Shown: in pieces, positions 58,829-64,000 of the stretch | Numbering within the stretch: position 1 is the first letter of the stretch | Layout: every line of letters begins with the position of its first letter | Source: Planctomycetota bacterium | GTDB taxonomy: Bacteria; Planctomycetota; UBA8108; SXIK01 | DNA length: 64,000 nt | NCBI GenBank assembly: GCA_965223265.1 | Contig: OZ244999.1 | Coordinates: forward strand, 2,528,001 to 2,592,000 | Reading direction: 5' to 3' | Translations under genes and position numbers: made by a program | The notes under the pieces: model-generated | What the model was told of the DNA's origin: nothing | What the model saw: the letters and a program-made list of their open reading frames with translations, nothing else | Database searches by the model: none

Positions 58829-59992
58829 TCACTCGCCGGCGGCGGGTGGCTGCCAAATCGTCGCCGCAATGTAGCGCTCTGACTCCTTGCCGTCGGTGAT
58901 GTAGTAGACCGTCACGATGCGTCCGTCAGGTCTCTGCACCGAGCGCGGATAACCGAGATCCCAGTAGCCGCCATCATCGCGCAGAAAAATCTCTTCGCTC
59001 CAAGTCGCGCCGTCGTCGGCGCTCAGGCGCGCGCGTATGCTGTAGGGTGGAGAGCGGTAGCCGTAGACGAGGAGCAGGCGACCATCGTGCAGCTTGAGCA
59101 GATCCGGCGGATTGCCGTTCTTCCCGGTGTCGCGAACCGGATAGCCGAACGGCTGCCACGTTTGACCGTTGTCGTCGCTGCGGTAGAGGTCGATGCCCGC
59201 GACGCGCCGCCGCGCGGTCAAGATCGTCTGCGGTGACAGGCGCACGCTCGCGGGCATGTTCGCCTTGTCGCCGACTCCTGGCTCCTCGCCGATGTACCCG
59301 TGCAGCTGCCACGACGCGGCGCCGTCGGTCGTGCGTGCGCAGATGATCCGTCCTTGGCGGCGGTTTGACTTCGCGGCGGTCAAAAAGGCGAACATTTCGT
59401 TCTCGCCTTCGATCATGTAATCGGTACGCGCAGCGATGCCAGGCAGGCCAAAGTCAGGCAGCTTGAACGGGCCACGCCAAGTGCGACCGCGGTCAAGCGT
59501 GTAGAGAAAGCGCGATGGTCCCACGTGGTAGCTGAGCATGCGCAGCGTCATGGCGAAGTCAGGGTGAGAGAAGTTGATGCCGCCGGGGCAATCGACTGGT
59601 TGCTGACCACCTTCGCCAGTGGGGACGCGCGCGACCTTCTCGCCAGCCGGTGGTTTGAGTTCCGGTGGGCGCTCGACGCTCCACGTTTCGCCGCCGTCGA
59701 GGCTGCGCGCGAGAACGTGTTCGGCTGGGCGTGTGTAGTCGATCGCGTGGGTGTCTTTCGTTTGACTCAGGGGGTTGACTGCGGGTTGAGTTCCCTTGTG
59801 GTAGCCGATCTCGAAGCCGACCAAGATTTCGTCGCCCCATGACCAAATGCCGTGATTGGCTGGCCAACCGCCGTAACGTCCTTTTTCTTTGTAGACAATC
59901 ACGTGCTCTCGGGCGTCAGGCTTGGGGCGAGCTGGTGAAGCACAGCCGACTACCGTGACGAGGACGAGCACAACGAGACGGGAAACTTGCAT
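58829..59992 (-). CDS. Sialidase-family (BNR) lipoprotein
   Basis: Lipobox VVGC; GWPANHGIWSWG; Asp-boxes SLDGGETW, TLDRGRTW, SDDNGQTW, SADDGATW; DLGYP. Confidence 0.85.
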   Translation of the reverse strand: MQVSRLVVLVLVTVVGCASPARPKPDAREHVIVYKEKGRYGGWPANHGIWSWGDEILVGFEIGYHKGTQPAVNPLSQTKDTHAIDYTRPAEHVLARSLDGGETWSVERPPELKPPAGEKVARVPTGEGGQQPVDCPGGINFSHPDFAMTLRMLSYHVGPSRFLYTLDRGRTWRGPFKLPDFGLPGIAARTDYMIEGENEMFAFLTAAKSNRRQGRIICARTTDGAASWQLHGYIGEEPGVGDKANMPASVRLSPQTILTARRRVAGIDLYRSDDNGQTWQPFGYPVRDTGKNGNPPDLLKLHDGRLLLVYGYRSPPYSIRARLSADDGATWSEEIFLRDDGGYWDLGYPRSVQRPDGRIVTVYYITDGKESERYIAATIWQPPAAGE

Positions 59993-60043
59993 GTAGATCT
60001 CCGGAGGTTGCGATCCATCGAAGGCCACTCAGACGCTGAGGAC

Positions 60044-60223
60044 AGCAGCCCGTTGAAAAAGTCATTCGGCTGAGAAACCGGCCTCTTCACGCCCAGATCA
60101 GCCGCGGCGAGCCTCGCCGTAGTATCCATAGAAGAGGGCTCGGAGATGACCTGCGTTCGCCGCGGCTGATCTGGACGCGGAGCGATCAGTTTTCAGCTCG
60201 AAGCACTTCTTCGACAGACTGCT
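60044..60223. mobile_element. MITE-like 180-bp long-hairpin element
   Basis: Terminal inverted repeats AGCAGCCCGTTGAAAAAGT / ACTTCTTCGACAGACTGCT and an internal 18-bp stem CCAGATCAGCCGCGGCGA / TCGCCGCGGCTGATCTGG; no ORF. Confidence 0.7.
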
Positions 60224-60441
60224 TGGGGGCGTAAAGTCTCGCATTTTCCACATGTCGGGCGCTGGAGTCTATGCCGTCTCGTGAGTTTGAGTCGCCGACC
60301 ATTGAAATCGGGTGGGCCAGCCCGGTCAGGCTTGAATTTTCCTGCGCGTGCGGCAGATACTGACTCCTCTAGCGAGAGACTTTGCCACTCAATCGATCCA
60401 CTTGCCGGCACTGAGCATCTTCACCGAGGGAGGAATGACTC

Positions 60442-62025
60442 ATGGGAATGACGCGTCGAAAGTTTATCCAGGGCGCTGCGGCAGCCGGCGCGGGAATCGG
60501 GCTTGGCGCTGCCGGTCAGGCGGCCGGAGCGCCGGGCGAGTCGACAACGGCAACGCCAAAGAATAGCAGGAAGCGTCGTACGATCTACTTCAACGACGCA
60601 CGGCACTACTACCTTTATGTGTTCGAGCCGCCGATGCGGCTGGAGGACGCGTGGGTTCCAATCGACGAAGTCGCGGGAACGACGGTGGATACGTTCAGCT
60701 ACGGGGTGGCGCGCGGCGATGGCCTTTTCTACCCGTCGAAGATCGGACTTCTCTTTGGCGACGACAAACGGCCGTTCGAAATGGCTGCTTACTGGCGTGC
60801 ATGGGAGTGTATGCAGAGTCTGATCGCCCGCGGGCTCGATCCGCTCAAGGTGCTCATCGATCGCGCCCACGCCAAGGGGATGGATTTCATCGCGAGTCTG
60901 CGCATGGCCGGTCATGGCGGTATGAATCCGAAACACCGCGCGCCGGAAGGTCGCGGTATGGCCCATCAGGAAGTCCGCGATCATCAGTTCAAGATTCTGA
61001 ATGAGCTAGTGACCGACTACGAGGTTGAGGGCGTCGAGCTCGACTTCGCAGCCTCTCCGGGCGGTGCGCCGCCAATCCTGCGCCCCGACGACGTCAAAGA
61101 GTACACGCCGGTGCTCACGGAATATGTCCGCGGCATTGCCAAGATGGTGCGCGATCGACCCGGGCCGACGAAAGAGATCGGCGTACGGGTGTACCCGACG
61201 GAGGTGATCAATCTGGCGCAGGGGCTTGACGTACGTACGTGGCTCAAGGAAGGCCTGGTCGACTACGTCATGCCGATGCTCTACATCGACTTCACGCTCG
61301 ACACCAGCATTCCCATCGATTGGCTCATTGAGGCGTCGCATGAGCACGACGTCGCGGTCTACGGCATGCTGCAGCCGTACACAGCGAGCGAGTCGGCCAC
61401 GTCGCGCCAGCGCTTTCACTTGACGCCGGAGACCATGCGGGCCGGAGCGGCGAACTATTGGCAGCGAGGGGTCGACGGCGTCTGCGCCTGGTTCTTGACC
61501 TGGCCGCTGGGCGACGCCGAGAAGCGGGCTCTCACAGAGATTGGCGATCCAGATCGTTTGAAGGAGTCGACGAAACGTTATGTGGTGCGGCGCCGCTCGG
61601 AGCAGGCCGTCGAGATGGGCTACGATGCCGCACTACCGATCAAGATCGAGGCGGCCGACCCGGCGAAACGTTACTCCGTGCCGTTTTACATCGCCGACGA
61701 CATCGAGGCTTCGCCGGACCGTTTGCGCCATGTGCGGCTGAAGGTCCACATCGCGAACGTCGTCAGTGCTGACCAGCTCACGGTCCTACTCAATGGCAAG
61801 TCCCTCGCCGGCGAGGCGTGCCGGCGGCGCTTTAGTTGGCACGTGGCGCCGTATCAGGGACAGATCCTCGAGTTCGAGCTCGAGAAAGTTCGCCCACGCC
61901 AGGGAGAGAACACACTCGAGATTTCACTCGATCAGAGACCGAAGCGCTTGGCGGGCGGTGTCACGATCGAGGAGGTCGAGGTGTTCGTGGAGTACGGGAT
62001 TTACCCGCCGGGGCTGGAGGCGTAG
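60442..62025 (+). CDS. Tat-exported glycoside hydrolase-like (GHL10-type TIM barrel) protein
   Basis: MTRRKFIQ Tat motif; IYFND, GLDPLKVLIDRAH, ASLRM, EGVELDF, GLDVRTWLKEGLVDY. Confidence 0.75.
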   Translation: MGMTRRKFIQGAAAAGAGIGLGAAGQAAGAPGESTTATPKNSRKRRTIYFNDARHYYLYVFEPPMRLEDAWVPIDEVAGTTVDTFSYGVARGDGLFYPSKIGLLFGDDKRPFEMAAYWRAWECMQSLIARGLDPLKVLIDRAHAKGMDFIASLRMAGHGGMNPKHRAPEGRGMAHQEVRDHQFKILNELVTDYEVEGVELDFAASPGGAPPILRPDDVKEYTPVLTEYVRGIAKMVRDRPGPTKEIGVRVYPTEVINLAQGLDVRTWLKEGLVDYVMPMLYIDFTLDTSIPIDWLIEASHEHDVAVYGMLQPYTASESATSRQRFHLTPETMRAGAANYWQRGVDGVCAWFLTWPLGDAEKRALTEIGDPDRLKESTKRYVVRRRSEQAVEMGYDAALPIKIEAADPAKRYSVPFYIADDIEASPDRLRHVRLKVHIANVVSADQLTVLLNGKSLAGEACRRRFSWHVAPYQGQILEFELEKVRPRQGENTLEISLDQRPKRLAGGVTIEEVEVFVEYGIYPPGLEA

Positions 62026-62082
62026 GCAGGGCAGAGGTCAGAGACGCGAGAATGGACCCGTCACGTGAGAACAATCGGCCGC

Positions 62083-64000
62083 ATGAACATTTTAACGCAC
62101 ACAGTTTCGCGAGTTCGTCGCGTAGCCCTAGCGACGCTGCTGTTTGTTGTTTCTATCGTACCCATTCAGGCGTTTCCTGGGCGCCAACCGCCGCCGCGCG
62201 AAGGGGCATCCTCGTACCGTACGATCCCGCCCCATCGTGCTGTGGCGCTTGACGGGATTCATGCCTACGCACAAAAGAGCATCGCGGCGGGAGAAACCGT
62301 TCAGTTTCGCGTTAGCTCGACGATCCCCTACACGCTCACCGTGTGCAAGCTCGGCACCGTCGACGCTCCAGAGACTGATCAGATACTGCGCTCGTTTCCG
62401 CTGTCCGCACCGCGCGTGCAGCCGATTCACCCTGGGTCCTATGTGCATGTTGGTGGAGCATTCCCCAGCAACGTTCAGTCCGAGGGCAAGTTCGACGCGC
62501 TCACGCTCGAAGTGTGGATACGCCCGTGGCAGGCGGCGCGCGTTCAAGGGCTCTTGACGCAAACCGACGATCTGGAACGCTCTGGCTTCGCGCTCATCCT
62601 TGATGCTGACGCGCGCGCTGGATTTGTCCTTGGTGGTGTGAGGAAGGTCGGCGGAGGCATGCCCCTCGAACCGCGGCAGTGGCATCATGTCGCGGCGACA
62701 TGGGACGGCGCGCGGGCAACACTGTGGTTGAACGGAGCTCGCGTCGCGAGTGGGCTTGCGGATTCACTGCTCCCGAGCGCCGCGCCGTTTCGCCTCGGTG
62801 CCTTCGGCGCGGAGGGCGTTGCGGAAGGGTTTTTGGATGGCGACATCGCGTTGCCGGCCGTTTATCGCCGTGCTCTCAGGGCTGAGGAGATCGAAGCACA
62901 TGTCGTCCAGGGGCGCAGCGAGCGTTACGACGGCGCCCAACCTGGCGGAGCAGCGGGTGATTTGATCGCTTTTTGGCCACTCGACGAAGAGGCCGGCGAT
63001 GTCGTACGCGATATGAGCGGGAATGGCCATGACGGTCGGATCATCCATCGCGGCACATGGATGATCGGCGGCCCCGCGTTTCGGGGCGAGGCCGTACCGC
63101 GCTTCGGCGACTACGATCCGCGCCATGACGCGCAGCGCGGACACGGCCTGCGGTTAGCATCGGATGACCTTTACGACTGCAGCTGGGAGGTGACGGAGGA
63201 GTTCACGATTCCCGTAGATGCGACGCCGGGATTCTATGCCGGTCGTCTCAACTATTCGTGGGAGGGGGAGGCGCAGACTTACGATGTCACGTTCATCGTT
63301 CGTGCGGCTCGGAGTCAACCAGCGCCGCCAATCGCCGTTCTCTGTTCGAGCAGCACCTGGCTTGCGTACAGCGCGACGCCGTTTGCAGCGACTCCGGTGA
63401 CCGATCCACGCTGGTCGACGAACGGCAAGAAAAACAGTCACCCACTGGCACCGGCGTATTCGTGTTACCGGGATCACGCTGCCGGACAGCCAACGTATCA
63501 GATGGGACTCAACATGCCGTGGCCGGTCGCGGGGCCCGAAGTCCTCTACAGTCCCAAGAGCATCGGATACAGTCACTTGGCGCGGGCAGAACGCTTTGCC
63601 CACAACTGGCTGACGGCTGCCGGCTACGCCTACGACGTCGTCACCGACCTCGATCTCCACCGCGACCCGGACCTGCTCCTGCGCCACAAAGTGCTCGTGA
63701 TCAACGGCCACAGCGAGTACTGGTCGATCGCCGCCTACGAAGGTGTGGATCGTTTCCTGCGACAGGGCGGCGCGGCCGTTGTGTTCTCGGGGAATACTCT
63801 GTTTTGGCGCGTCAGCTTTGACTCGCAGGGCGAGGTGATGGAGTGCCGCAAATTCGACCCAGCGATCGGCGGGCGCAAGTACGCGACGGTCGGCGAGCTC
63901 TATCACAGTCACGACGGTCGCCGCGGCAGCCTGCTGCGCGAGTGCGGCTATCCAGCGTGGAAACTCGTCGGCCTTGAATGTATCGGTTGGTGGGGGACCA
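62083..64000 (+). CDS. Secreted LamG + N,N-dimethylformamidase beta-subunit-like protein, 3' end outside the window
   Basis: Manual translation MNILTHTVSR...HAYAQKSIAAGETVQFRVSS...WHHVAATWDG (LamG)...ASDDLYDCSW...STWLAY...INGHSEYWS...FSGNTLFWRV; absent from the ORF track because it is open-ended. Confidence 0.8.
   Translation, partial: MNILTHTVSRVRRVALATLLFVVSIVPIQAFPGRQPPPREGASSYRTIPPHRAVALDGIHAYAQKSIAAGETVQFRVSSTIPYTLTVCKLGTVDAPETDQILRSFPLSAPRVQPIHPGSYVHVGGAFPSNVQSEGKFDALTLEVWIRPWQAARVQGLLTQTDDLERSGFALILDADARAGFVLGGVRKVGGGMPLEPRQWHHVAATWDGARATLWLNGARVASGLADSLLPSAAPFRLGAFGAEGVAEGFLDGDIALPAVYRRALRAEEIEAHVVQGRSERYDGAQPGGAAGDLIAFWPLDEEAGDVVRDMSGNGHDGRIIHRGTWMIGGPAFRGEAVPRFGDYDPRHDAQRGHGLRLASDDLYDCSWEVTEEFTIPVDATPGFYAGRLNYSWEGEAQTYDVTFIVRAARSQPAPPIAVLCSSSTWLAYSATPFAATPVTDPRWSTNGKKNSHPLAPAYSCYRDHAAGQPTYQMGLNMPWPVAGPEVLYSPKSIGYSHLARAERFAHNWLTAAGYAYDVVTDLDLHRDPDLLLRHKVLVINGHSEYWSIAAYEGVDRFLRQGGAAVVFSGNTLFWRVSFDSQGEVMECRKFDPAIGGRKYATVGELYHSHDGRRGSLLRECGYPAWKLVGLECIGWWGT

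Overview
GC-rich bacterial DNA, most likely an uncultured Planctomycetota lineage, judged from three planctomycete-type DUF1549/1553+DUF1501 or DUF1592+DUF1552 gene pairs, many secreted BNR/FG-GAP/PQQ propeller proteins and repeated 'FxRGDxN...DPTxD' dockerin-like domains. Ordinary content: hsp20, a Na/Ca antiporter, a truncated P-type ATPase, ppsA, fetAB, a czcCBA-type metal efflux operon, a class III aminotransferase, an MFS transporter, RraA and SelO. Standouts: (1) a composite locus at about 52.6-57.7 kb, where two direct tandem arrays (9 x 61 bp; 12 x 90/96/102 bp) of a shared GTAG-led hairpin flank a four-helix-bundle (bAvd/IVP-like) gene and a compact large-serine-recombinase element whose proteins carry beta-clamp-type motifs; (2) a 1.8k-aa secreted FG-GAP protein with a glucan-water-dikinase-like order of phospho-His then ATP-grasp domains, directly behind ppsA; (3) a UxxC ArsC-family selenoprotein missed by the ORF track, with an in-frame TGA and a SECIS-like hairpin; (4) a hairpin MITE family and a SufR-like regulator with two palindromic operators. 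No rRNA, tRNA, CRISPR-cas or reverse transcriptase gene was recognised. All family calls come from motif reading, not database searches.
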